The notes: generated by a model from the letters alone, not told the origin. 64,000 bases of DNA from Bacillota bacterium (GCA_032907345.1 JAJBWD010000222.1:1550-65549); one strand, 5' to 3'. Numbered from the stretch's first letter, positions 36,440 through 44,442 are shown. Translations and numbers: made by a program.

Positions 36440-36625
36440 AGGTCAAAATTGATTTGCGAATTTTGAAAAATTTTGATATAATATTACTATAAAAAATAAA
36501 AACTGTTATTAAGTGCGTGCCGCATACCACCAATAAAACGTACTTTTAATAGTTTTTATGCTAAGACTATTAAAACACCTACACCCGCCATCCACAAAGT
36601 GTATTTTTTAATAGTCTTTATATTT

Positions 36626-36697
36626 GTCCCATTGATTTATCGGCTAAAATGCTAGCCTTCCAAGCTAGATAGGTGGGTTCGATTCCCACATGGGGCT
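36626..36697 (+). tRNA. tRNA-Gly (UCC)
   Basis: Acceptor GTCCCAT/ATGGGGC; anticodon arm CTAGC-CTTCCAA-GCTAG; T arm GTGGG-TTCGATT-CCCAC. Confidence 0.8.
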
Positions 36698-36895
36698 GAC
36701 CCTTCTCGGGTTGAGATTTAACAGAGACGTTTCTCCTTACTGAAAAAGGTTAAAGTGAGTAAGGTGTTATTGGACAAAAAACCAATCCTGCGGTATGGTG
36801 AACACGCGGCCAATTGCACATGGTAACTAAAATAAGGGCGGCCTGGTAAGGTGCTAAAATATATCTAGGTAAGTTGGCCATATATCCTAGTTCAA

Positions 36896-36967
36896 GCAGG
36901 CATCATATAACGGCTAATATATTAGCTTGCCAAGCTAAAAATGTGGGTTCGATTCCCATTGTCTGCT
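36896..36967 (+). tRNA. tRNA-Gly (GCC)
   Basis: Acceptor GCAGGCA/TGTCTGC; anticodon arm TTAGC-TTGCCAA-GCTAA; T arm GTGGG-TTCGATT-CCCAT. Confidence 0.8.
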
Positions 36968-37072
36968 TTATTTGAAATTTTAAAAAATTTTTGTTATAAT
37001 ATTTATACAAAGTGAGGGAATAAAAAATGAAACGAAAACGTAAGCCTACGGGCATTTATAAAAATTTAATAA

Positions 37073-37144
37073 GCGTCCGTAGCCAAGCGGTATGGCAACA
37101 GGCTTTTAACCTGTATATCGTGGGTTCAACTCCCACCGGACGCA
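37073..37144 (+). tRNA. tRNA-Lys (UUU)
   Basis: Acceptor GCGTCCG/CGGACGC; anticodon arm ACAGG-CTTTTAA-CCTGT; T arm GTGGG-TTCAACT-CCCAC. Confidence 0.85.
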
Positions 37145-37254
37145 TGTTATACAGGGGCCATAACACTATATAATGTAAAATCATAACATACTAAGAAAAA
37201 CTTAGAAAATCAGAGTAATGTCCTGATATAGTAGGTATGTAGCTGTATAAACCT

Positions 37255-37328
37255 GGATTACTGGTGTTAACGGTTAACATAGCAGACTCTTAATCTGTCA
37301 GATTAGGGTTCGAATCCCTAGTGGTCCA
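37255..37328 (+). tRNA. tRNA-Lys (CUU)
   Basis: Acceptor GGATTAC/GTGGTCC; anticodon arm GCAGA-CTCTTAA-TCTGT; T arm TAGGG-TTCGAAT-CCCTA. Confidence 0.8.
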
Positions 37329-37331
37329 TAT

Positions 37332-37402
37332 GCCCCTGTCCGCTAATGGTAGGCGAGGTGACCTGTAATCACTCAATCTCAGTTCGAATCTGAGCGGGGG
37401 CT
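37332..37402 (+). tRNA. tRNA, probably Thr (UGU), with C at position 33
   Basis: Acceptor GCCCCTG/CGGGGGC; anticodon arm GGTGA-CCTGTAA-TCACT; T arm CTCAG-TTCGAAT-CTGAG. Confidence 0.6.
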
Positions 37403-37526
37403 TAATGAGATTTCTCATTTAATCTGTTGACTTGAAAAAATGAAAATTTTTTGATATAATATTTATATCGTAAGAAAAAGAAACGAAAACAAACTAAAAA
37501 ATATCATTTCAGGGGGTCTTTAAATT

Positions 37527-37700
37527 ATGAAAAATGAGAGAACAGCTGTTATCTACATGGTTGAGTATTTTGACGATGTAAATCAGAAGCATATGACATT
37601 CGTTGAAGGCTTCTCTGCTGTGAGATTTTTGGAAGATAGATTTGGTTGGATTCATTATGAAGTAACAGAAAATTATGTACGTACAGAATATAAGGATTAA
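37527..37700 (+). CDS. hypothetical protein (57 aa)
   Basis: Promoter about 37430, ATG 37527, TAA 37698-700. Confidence 0.5.
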   Translation: MKNERTAVIYMVEYFDDVNQKHMTFVEGFSAVRFLEDRFGWIHYEVTENYVRTEYKD

Positions 37701-37709
37701 TTAATCCGT

Positions 37710-37784
37710 CGTCCCTTCGTCTAGTTCGGTTCAGGACACAAGATTCTCAATCTTGAAACACAGGTTCAAAGCCTGTAGGGATGA
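37710..37784 (+). tRNA. tRNA-Glu (CUC)
   Basis: Acceptor CGTCCCT/AGGGATG; anticodon arm CAAGA-TTCTCAA-TCTTG; T arm ACAGG-TTCAAAG-CCTGT. Confidence 0.75.
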
Positions 37785-37912
37785 TTAAGACCGTTATCAT
37801 GGATTTTGAGGGTAAACTACCACTGGCGGCTTAGTCGGACGAAAGTCCCAAGACCCGATATGTGGCTTTAGTGGGAAACGGTATATAAGGACGCAAAGTA
37901 ACCCTCATATTT

Positions 37913-37985
37913 GGCCCTATAGCTCAGTAGGCAGAGCGGTTGGCTGTTAACCAATGTGTCGAAGGTTCGAACCCTTCTGGGGCCG
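37913..37985 (+). tRNA. tRNA-Asn (GUU)
   Basis: Acceptor GGCCCTA/TGGGGCC; anticodon arm GTTGG-CTGTTAA-CCAAT; T arm GAAGG-TTCGAAC-CCTTC. Confidence 0.85.
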
Positions 37986-38448
37986 CTACATAAATAGCAA
38001 TGGTGACTTGATTTAATAGTGCGCATAAAAATCAAGAGAGTCCACCAAATCACGGCGGTCGGGAGAGTGAGACCATAGTGAACTACCTAGAGTGACAGGA
38101 GTCATGACCTGTGGAATTCAGGCTATAGTGAGAAAGGGAGCCTAAAAAATGGACTAAGCTATTTAATGTTTACTCTCGAAGAGAAACAGCAGACTCGCGT
38201 CCCTGTCACGGACGAGATAGTGGGGGCAGCACCCATCGGGAGTGTTAGGAAGTAGATTTACCTTCCGCCAATTGTAAATCTAAGCTGTTGATAAATAGCC
38301 GCTTTACTTTTTTGGGGTGTTACAGGAAAAAGTCCTTGTAGGTGCAGGTTCAACCTATCTCACAATTTTCGGGAGTAAAACGAAAAGAGGGAACGTGGTT
38401 TTCCCGTGTCTGGATGGCAAAAGCATTGGCAAAGCAAATCACTTATAT

Positions 38449-38480
38449 GGGGGGCTGGTGGAATTGGTAGACACCCTAAT
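38449..38480 (+). pseudogene. 5' half of a split type-II (Leu-like) tRNA
   Basis: GGGGGGC-TG-GTG-GAATTGGTAGA-CAC-C-CTAAT, then AT-rich insert. Complements the 3' half at 39112-39153. Confidence 0.4.
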
Positions 38481-38565
38481 TATATGGACAAGAGTGTTAA
38501 ATATTAAAAATATTTTTTTTAAAAATAGTGTAAGAAAAAATATTTTTAGAAAGGACATTTTTAAT

Positions 38566-39027
38566 ATGAGAAGAACAGACATTTTAGAAAGAAAAGAAGA
38601 TATATTAAAATGGATTGATTTACATCAATCTAAAGCCTATATGTGTAAGCAACTTCATTGTAAACCTGACACTTTAAATAGTTATTTGTAGAAAATGGGA
38701 ATTTCTTATACTGGAAATAAGGGAGGAAAAGGTATAAAAAATAGTCCTACTTATAAAACAGCTTAGGAATATATTAAACAAGATTATGTTAAATCTCATG
38801 TTTTAAAACAAAAACTAATTAGAGATGGTATAAAATCAAATAAATGTGAAATTTGTGGAATTTCTATTTGGCAAGGTGTGTAGTTACCTTTAGAACTTCA
38901 TCACAAAGATGGAAATCATTTTAATAATAATTTTGATAATTTACAGATTTTATGTCCAAATTGTCATTCTATACAATAGGGAAATTCTGGAGCAAATATA
39001 GGAAAATATACAAAAATAGCCGAGTGA
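38566..39027 (+). CDS. HNH homing-type endonuclease (153 aa), TAG-recoded
   Basis: CEICG...LELHHKDGNHFNNNFDNLQILCPNCH. 4 in-frame TAG, 3 of them upstream of the HNH core. The TGA 39025-27 overlaps the next tRNA. Confidence 0.75.
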
Positions 39028-39091
39028 TGGAATTGGCATACATGTTACTCTTAGAAAGTAAATTTTACGAGTTCAAGTCTCGTCTCGGCTA
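39018..39091 (+). tRNA. tRNA with anticodon UAG (Leu codons CUN) but short variable loop
   Basis: Acceptor AGCCGAG/CTCGGCT; Leu-like D loop GAATTGGCATA; anticodon arm TTACT-CTTAGAA-AGTAA; T arm ACGAG-TTCAAGT-CTCGT. Confidence 0.65.
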
Positions 39092-39111
39092 TTCTATCTT
39101 GTTCTAATATA

Positions 39112-39153
39112 GTTAGTGCCCTGTGCGTGTGGGTTCGAGTCCCACGTCCCCTA
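39112..39153 (+). pseudogene. 3' half of the split type-II tRNA
   Basis: GTTAG (pairs with CTAAT), 12-nt variable arm, T arm GTGGG-TTCGAGT-CCCAC, then GTCCCCT-A (pairs with GGGGGGC using 2 G-U pairs). Confidence 0.4.
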
Positions 39154-39341
39154 CTTATCTTTATAGCAGGGTAGGAAAACATGCGTCCATAGCTAATTAA
39201 TTGATGTATACTAAATTTTTTAGAATCCTAACATAAAATATGTAAATATGACTTTAGATGCAGTGTCATACGTTATAAAGATAAAGATTTGCATTTTTAA
39301 AAAATTTTTATTATAATATTTATAGAAAGTGAAAGAAATAT

Positions 39342-39415
39342 GGCTCCTTCTTCTAAAAGGACAGGATATGACCCTTTCAAGGTCAAGATGGCGGGTTCAA
39401 TTCCCCCAGGGGCTA
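39342..39415 (+). tRNA. tRNA-Glu (UUC)
   Basis: Acceptor GGCTCCT/AGGGGCT (2 G-U pairs); anticodon arm TGACC-CTTTCAA-GGTCA; T arm GCGGG-TTCAATT-CCCCC (1 mismatch). Confidence 0.65.
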
Positions 39416-39494
39416 CTTGATACGTATCATATTTCCTCTTTTCAGAGCATTATTTTTTGGCTCTTTTAAAATATAAGAGAGATAAAAGGAGACT

Positions 39495-39551
39495 GCTCTA
39501 TTATGATGGAACTTACTTCTGTGAGTGTAGGTTCGACTCCTACATAGAGCA
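39495..39551 (+). ncRNA. 57-nt tRNA-like mini-RNA: perfect acceptor and T arm, no D arm, tetraloop hairpin instead of anticodon arm
   Basis: GCTCTAT...CTTAC-TTCT-GTGAG-T-GTAGG-TTCGACT-CCTAC-ATAGAGC-A. Confidence 0.45.
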
Positions 39552-39869
39552 TTTACTGAAAGTATTAATATAACCTTAGGCAATGATATTAATATAAGTA
39601 AGTTGACTGTTTGTCTGTCGGAAAGGGTGTTTTAGTAAAGAGTAAAAACATCAGCAAGGCTCCTAAAGCTAACCTGAACGGAAAATGGTAAGCGGTGTGG
39701 TAAAACCTTATAGACCAATACGGTAGATGCATATGCCGTATTTGATTTTTAAAAAATTTTTTGTTATAATATTTTTAGAAAGTGAAAGGCAGGAACAGCA
39801 AATTATAAACTTTCTTAACAAATCTTCCAAATTTGTAACCAGAATAAGTTAAACTGTCTTGATTAATAT

Positions 39870-39943
39870 TGCGGAGTGGACTGGAGAGGTACCAGCGCGG
39901 TCTCATACGCCGTATCACGTGGGTTCGAATCCCACCTCCGCTA
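39870..39943 (+). tRNA. tRNA with anticodon CAU (Met or Ile2), irregular 5' region/1-72 mismatch
   Basis: Acceptor (T)GCGGAG/CTCCGC(T); D arm CTGG-AGAGGTA-CCAG; anticodon arm GCGGT-CTCATAC-GCCGT; T arm GTGGG-TTCGAAT-CCCAC. Confidence 0.6.
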
Positions 39944-40152
39944 CGAGGTTCAGGCTACCATATAAGCCCTGTGATGGATTACGAGATTAAGCACTTTCCA
40001 ATATATCAAATAAGTCCTTTTGGCGAAATTCCAAAACAAAAACTAGGGAGAACATAGATGATAGTGCTACACGCTACTCCCCTTTGCATTGTTATAAATG
40101 GGTTTATCCCTTTTTATATTCACTTCCTTTCTGATGATATACATAGATAGGC

Positions 40153-40225
40153 GTCTTAGTAACATATAGGTAATGTGATTCTCAAAAGAGATGAGTAAGT
40201 AAGGTTCGATTCCTTACCTAAGACT
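40153..40225 (+). ncRNA. tRNA-length RNA with perfect acceptor, D and T arms but collapsed anticodon arm (TTCT-CAAA-AGAG)
   Basis: Acceptor GTCTTAG/CTAAGAC; TA; D arm ACAT-ATAGGTA-ATGT; T arm (G)TAAGG-TTCGATT-CCTTA(C). Confidence 0.45.
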
Positions 40226-40229
40226 TTCG

Positions 40230-40870
40230 TTGAATTATCAACAAAAGAACATTGACAATTGAATAATTTAGTTATATTTATGAAGCAACTCAGTGATAAA
40301 CGTCAATTCCATGACGCTGAGGTATTGGCTTTACGAATAACCAGAATAAGGAAGGATACTTTCTTAGGAGAAAAGATTTTATGCGGCAACGTATAAAACG
40401 CCAGGTCTAAAGAAATGGTTTAGTCAATAGCACTGGGGTAATCGCTCTTAAAGACACTGTTCCAATCGGCTCCATAATATAGGGTTCTTTAACGAGAGCA
40501 CTAATCCAAGTTAGGTGAAGCGTGGAAAACTTTGCAAACCTTGGAATTTCCATAAGGGGTTAATGCACTTGAAGCGGCGGAAGCCGTGTATAAGATTGGG
40601 TCAAGGTACGAGTAGGCTAAATGTGCGTAGACAAAAAGTTTGGATAACTTCTTATACAGGTTATAAAATTTTGCTGAAAGGTAGCTGAAAGTTAGAGGTA
40701 TACAAAATCCTCTACAAGATTTGTCTGTCTTGAACAGATGGGGCATATAGCGGTGAGGTCGCTCCTAATCGCTCAGGTATGTCTCCTTGGTGGTCGAATA
40801 TAAGAGAAGGTTATTACCAGCAACCCGAAGGGGTGTTATTCATAGATATAATTAAGTTATTCAATTGTTG
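40230..40870 (+). ncRNA. ~600-nt ORF-free region bracketed by a 27-nt inverted repeat; candidate large structured RNA
   Basis: CAATTGAATAATTTAGTTATATTTATG (about 40255) pairs with CATAGATATAATTAAGTTATTCAATTG (about 40842). There is no ORF in either code. It lies inside the tRNA array. Confidence 0.4.
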
Positions 40871-40937
40871 ACAAAATAAAAAATTTTTAGTATAATATAT
40901 TTATAGAATTAAGAAACAAGAGTAAAAAGGAGTAAAT

Positions 40938-41306
40938 ATGGATAAGAAACAGATTGAAGGTTTGATTTTCGTTTTTGAAAATTCAGACAGAGTAGATGAA
41001 GGTATTCGTGAACAGGCCCTTGATGCTTTTAGAGCAATGCTTGCTCGTATTGAGGAAGATGAGGCGGCAGCCGCTCGTAAGCGTAAGAGTCCCAATAAGT
41101 CAGGTGTTCTTCAGCTTGATCCCGATACTTTTGAGGTTATTGCAGAATTTGCAACACAGAAGGACGCACTTGCCGCAGTTGGACAGGAAGGCAAGTCAGG
41201 TATCGGTGATGCTTTGAATGGAAGAACCAAGACTCATAAGGCTTATGGATTTGCTTGGTGTTTTAAGAACGAACTTCCTGAATTTCTTGCTTCTCGTGAG
41301 CAGTAA
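40938..41306 (+). CDS. protein with NUMOD1/IENR1-type homing-endonuclease DNA-binding module, no nuclease domain seen (122 aa); GC-richer
   Basis: ...GVLQLDPDTFEVIAEFATQKDA...GIGDALNGRTKTHKAYGFAWCFK. Confidence 0.5.
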   Translation: MDKKQIEGLIFVFENSDRVDEGIREQALDAFRAMLARIEEDEAAAARKRKSPNKSGVLQLDPDTFEVIAEFATQKDALAAVGQEGKSGIGDALNGRTKTHKAYGFAWCFKNELPEFLASREQ

Positions 41307-41613
41307 TCATTATTAAATTGTTAAGCAGGCTTTTATTATTTTTCCCTGTTAAAATAGAAAAATAATAAATTTTTATCTTTATAGCCGTTTAAATTAAAAC
41401 GAAAACGAGATTTGCATTTATAAAAAATTTTTGATATAATATATTTATAAGATAAAGGAAATGGCAACGCCTTTTAAAAAATAGATTGCAGGATTCGCCA
41501 TCCGGTCCGGAAAAGCAAAGCTAGAAGCATGGCGTAATGACTACACAAGCCTAAACTGTGAAACCTTCTTCGTGTGAGAGATTTTAAAATCTTTAGTGTG
41601 GGAGAAGTTATAT

Positions 41614-41697
41614 GGGGGCGTGGCGGAACTGGCATACGCGACGGACTTAAAATCCGTTTCCGATATAGGATTGTGGGTTCAAATCCCATTGCCCCCA
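41614..41697 (+). tRNA. tRNA-Leu (UAA), type II
   Basis: Acceptor GGGGGCG/TGCCCCC; anticodon arm ACGGA-CTTAAAA-TCCGT; long variable arm; T arm GTGGG-TTCAAAT-CCCAT. Confidence 0.85.
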
Positions 41698-41783
41698 CGA
41701 GATATAAAAGGTCGATTAAACCCCACGCACATCAATAATCGTTTTATTATATCTTATCTTTAATTCCTGCGTAAGCAGGATAT

Positions 41784-41865
41784 GATTCTGTGGCGGAATT
41801 GGTATACGCAACAGGCTCAAACCCTGTGGTTGAAAAACATGTGGGTTCAAATCCCACCAGAATTA
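41784..41865 (+). tRNA. tRNA-Leu (CAA), type II
   Basis: Acceptor GATTCTG/CAGAATT; anticodon arm ACAGG-CTCAAAC-CCTGT; T arm GTGGG-TTCAAAT-CCCAC. Confidence 0.8.
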
Positions 41866-41930
41866 CTGTTGGCTTATGTGGATTTAGGCGGATAATGCAC
41901 CAACATCAAATAAAATCAAGAATCCACAAT

Positions 41931-42073
41931 ATAGAAAGACATATACAGCAACTTCTTACTTTTGTAAGTTTACAGGTTCGAATCCTGTCACAAGCATTGT
42001 CGCTTATGTAGTCAAATGGTTAAGACAACTGTCTCGTAAACAGTCATTATTTACAAATTATATGTCTTGTTAT
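41931..42073 (+). ncRNA. circularly permuted tRNA-like RNA (T arm, closed acceptor hairpin, D arm, anticodon-like arm CGU) clamped by a 10-bp terminal stem
   Basis: AAGACATATA (41936-45) pairs with TATATGTCTT (42059-68). Inside are ACAGG-TTCGAAT-CCTGT, CACAAGC-ATTGTC-GCTTATG, TA, GTC-AAATGGTTAA-GAC, A and ACTGT-CTCGTAA-ACAGT. Confidence 0.55.
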
Positions 42074-42147
42074 GCTCAGATAGCTCTAATTGGGAGAGCG
42101 GAGGACTGAAGATCCTCGCGTTACTAGTTCAAGTCTAGTTCTGAGCA
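42074..42147 (+). tRNA. tRNA-Phe (GAA)
   Basis: Acceptor GCTCAGA/TCTGAGC; anticodon arm GAGGA-CTGAAGA-TCCTC; T arm ACTAG-TTCAAGT-CTAGT. Confidence 0.9.
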
Positions 42148-42153
42148 TTTTTA

Positions 42154-42239
42154 TCCTGGTGTAGACCAATAAGGAGGTGGGGTGGACTGTAAATCCATCT
42201 GCTTCGGCACCGAGTGGGTTCGATTCCCTCTACCAGGAC
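42154..42239 (+). tRNA. tRNA-Tyr (GUA), type II
   Basis: Acceptor TCCTGGT/ACCAGGA; anticodon arm GTGGA-CTGTAAA-TCCAT; long variable arm; T loop TTCGATT. Confidence 0.7.
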
Positions 42240-42457
42240 TAAGCGGGACGCCGCAAAAAGCCTTGAAGCAAAAAGTAAAGGTGTTTAACTTGATAAGGAG
42301 ACAGGATATAGTTTAAAGTAGCGATACAAGAAAACATTCTTATCCATACGCAATATTCTAGTCAGGGCTAGGCAGACGTAAAAGTTAAACGGTTAATTGA
42401 GAGAGGTTATTCAATGAAAGAAAAACGCGTTTCTTCCTTTCCTTTTAATCCTAATTT

Positions 42458-42531
42458 ACTACGATAATTCAGCAGGTTAGAATGCTTCTCTGATAAGGAA
42501 GTCGTCAGTGGTTCGAGTCCACTTCGTAGTA
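42458..42531 (+). tRNA. tRNA-Ile (GAU)
   Basis: Acceptor ACTACGA/TCGTAGT; anticodon arm CTTCT-CTGATAA-GGAAG; T arm AGTGG-TTCGAGT-CCACT. Confidence 0.85.
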
Positions 42532-42756
42532 TTCTATTGTCTTCTTACCATCTATACACAATAGAAAATTGGGAGAATATTATAGAAACGCGTCTATAAT
42601 ATGATAAAGGTATATACCTCTTTGCGGTAATGTGATTATACAAAGATACCCTGGAAACCGTGTTTTAGCAAATAAATGTGCGGGCGGCGGACCTAAAACG
42701 TCATTGGCAAGCAGGATTAAACTGCTACAAAGGGGGTAATCAGGCCTCTTAGTACT

Positions 42757-42832
42757 GGGCTGTGGGACTGCACGGGGTGGTCATCTGTCTTGCACACAGA
42801 AAATCAGGTGGGTTCAATTCCCACACGGTCCA
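42757..42832 (+). tRNA. tRNA-Ala (UGC)
   Basis: Acceptor GGGCTGT/ACGGTCC with G3-U70; anticodon arm TCTGT-CTTGCAC-ACAGA; T arm GTGGG-TTCAATT-CCCAC. Confidence 0.75.
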
Positions 42833-43027
42833 TTTATTCTATATCAATATACACGTGCGATATGGAAGACCCTCATGTTTGTCAGTTTCTCCGAGAAGTG
42901 AAAAGAAACTGTCTTTTCCCTTAATAAAAGGAGGATTATAATTATAATCCTCCTGATTACGACCAATAGGATTATTTATCTATAAAAAATTTAATTTTAA
43001 AAAGGATATTTTTTAATATCCTTTTTT

Positions 43028-43100
43028 GCACGGTTAACTCAGCTGGGAGAGTGCTATCCTTACAAGTTAGAAGTCATTGGTTCGAGTCCAATACCGTGCA
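43028..43100 (+). tRNA. tRNA-Val (UAC)
   Basis: Acceptor GCACGGT/ACCGTGC; anticodon arm CTATC-CTTACAA-GTTAG; T arm ATTGG-TTCGAGT-CCAAT. Confidence 0.8.
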
Positions 43101-43136
43101 TTCCATCTTAAAAATATATTTTAAAGGAGAGAAAAT

Positions 43137-43679
43137 ATGACTGATGTAAGATTAAAACTTTCACCCCCATGGATTACGGCAATTCATAAATTTTAGGCAT
43201 TATTTGATGGTGATCCGCAAATTGCTTGTAATGTAAAAGTAGATTCAGGTGAAGAACCTATTCTTGCTCTTGCTTGTAACAATGGAGATAAAGTAGCAGC
43301 TTTACTTCAAATTCTTCCTACTGAAATAATTTTTGGTAATATTCCATTACATATTTTAGTAGATGGTCTTCCAAGCAATAGAGCATTTAAAACAAAAAAA
43401 GAATTATTTGAAACTGCTTTTTCAGGAAATCCTGCTTTTGCTTATGCAGTATGTCCAGTAGAAGAAGGTGCTACATGGTTTGATATGACCTATGTTGTAT
43501 TTAAAAACTGCGTTGTTCAATTTTTTAATGATAATTTAAATGATTGTCATGGTGTAATTAGTACCCTATATGAAGATATTGCTAGAGATATTTTAACTGG
43601 AGAAGCTGTTAACGGAGTATATTTTAATACTGATATTGAAGTTGGTAAATTAGGAAAACCATTAGGTGAATGGCCATAA
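43137..43679 (+). CDS. hypothetical protein (180 aa) with one in-frame TAG (43194-96)
   Basis: RBS AAAGGAG + ATG 43137. In frame with track ORF 43485..43679. Confidence 0.6.
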
Positions 43680-43689
43680 TTAATATAAA

Positions 43690-43806
43690 GATGCGGTGGC
43701 GGAATATGTAGACGCTTAGGAGTAAGGGCAGTGAAAACGAAAAGGCAAACGGGTGTGAGTAACGATTGCTTCTGTCCATGTAAGGTGTAAATCCTTACCC
43801 GCATCT
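43690..43806 (+). ncRNA. 117-nt tRNA-like RNA: acceptor + Leu-like D arm, tetraloop hairpin CTTA-GGAG-TAAG, long inserted helix, atypical T arm
   Basis: Acceptor GATGCGG/CCGCATC; D arm GCGG-AATATGTAGA-CGC; helix GGGCAG...CTGTCC; T arm GTAAGG-TGTAAAT-CCTTAC. Confidence 0.4.
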
Positions 43807-43815
43807 AAAAATTTT

Positions 43816-43844
43816 TTGATTTTTTAAAAAAATTATTATATAAT
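43816..43844 (+). promoter_or_regulatory. promoter of the transcription unit that starts with the CUA tRNA
   Basis: TTGATT 43816-21, 17-bp spacer, TATAAT 43839-44. A leader with the AAGACAGA/TCTGTCTT clamp spans 43866-43940. Confidence 0.6.
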
Positions 43845-43942
43845 ATATTTATAAGATGAAAGAAAGACAGAAACAGCAATTTATTTTAATTTTTGTATTA
43901 GACTGTTAATCTAATTTAAGCAATTTTTAATCTGTCTTGGTA

Positions 43943-44016
43943 TGGCTCGGTGGTCAAACGGTTTAAGACGCTGGTCTCTAAAACCAGAAATCGGAGTTCG
44001 ATTCTCCGGCGGGCTA
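43943..44016 (+). tRNA. suppressor tRNA, anticodon CUA (reads UAG); Gln-like
   Basis: Perfect anticodon arm CTGGT-CTCTAAA-ACCAG. D arm GTC-AAACGGTTTAA-GAC nearly matches tRNA-Gln(UUG) at 46045. T arm CGGAG-TTCGATT-CTCCG. Acceptor TGGCTCG/CGGGCTA (U1-A72). Confidence 0.8.
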
Positions 44017-44025
44017 TCCCAATTT

Positions 44026-44113
44026 GCGGATGTGGCAGAGAGGTTTAATGCGGTACCCTGCTAAGGTATTGATCCTACATTAGGGTCCGGTGGTTCGAAT
44101 CCACTCATCCGCG
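44026..44113 (+). tRNA. tRNA-Ser (GCU), type II
   Basis: Acceptor GCGGATG/CATCCGC; anticodon arm GTACC-CTGCTAA-GGTAT; T arm GGTGG-TTCGAAT-CCACT. Confidence 0.8.
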
Positions 44114-44314
44114 CTAAGGCTTATACGGCAATTTTATTTTTAATGGGTTTACAAAGTATAACATTTTAAGAAAAGTCGGCAATTGGAGAGCCGTGTAATT
44201 AAAGCCGTGTCTCATGTAAAGTTCTCTTTTATTTTGAAAGTTTTCTATTTCTTCCTTAATAAGGGTGGCTTCCCGAAAAATAAGTAAAGATGAAAACTTT
44301 TTAAGCCTTGATAT

Positions 44315-44397
44315 GGTGCGGACCTGGCTGGATGAAGACGCAGTCTTGAAAACTGTCGGGCGTAACTGCCTTGGGGGTTCGAGTCCCTCCCGCATCG
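44315..44397 (+). tRNA. tRNA-Ser (UGA), type II
   Basis: Acceptor GGTGCGG/CCGCATC; anticodon arm GCAGT-CTTGAAA-ACTGT; T arm GGGGG-TTCGAGT-CCCTC. Confidence 0.8.
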
Positions 44398-44442
44398 CTA
44401 ATTGTTAAATGTTTCGTTAATCAAGTTTCAAAGGAGTTTATC

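Noticed and set aside
38481-39111. A self-splicing group I intron in the split tRNA, carrying the HNH ORF.
   Set aside because: After subtracting the HNH ORF and the embedded complete tRNA, only about 105 nt of AT-rich sequence remain. That is too little for a group I core, and no P-helix pattern or suitable U/G splice junctions were seen.
40250-40870. The 27-nt inverted repeats as the ends of a MITE or IS element.
   Set aside because: Not excluded. However, no transposase and no target-site duplication were seen. Similar end-pairing is a recurring feature of the RNA leaders in this array, so an RNA-level helix seems more likely. I kept it as a finding with low confidence.
43943-44016. The CUA tRNA as tRNA-Pyl or a Sec-like special tRNA (a possible 13-bp acceptor/T stack).
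   Set aside because: It has a normal D loop with GG, a TTCGATT T loop, a 5-bp anticodon stem and a 4-nt variable loop. No pyl or sel genes are present. Its D arm matches the phage tRNA-Gln, and the paralog alignments show Gln at TAG.
37868-44395. Track ORFs overlapping tRNAs: 37868..38053, 39869..40057, 41474..41698, 41790..42011, 43547..43804, 44114..44395, and the N-termini of 44371.. and 45083..
   Set aside because: Each is explained by a cloverleaf tRNA or tRNA-like RNA on the plus strand. None has an RBS, and their 'protein' sequences are read-throughs of tRNA stems.
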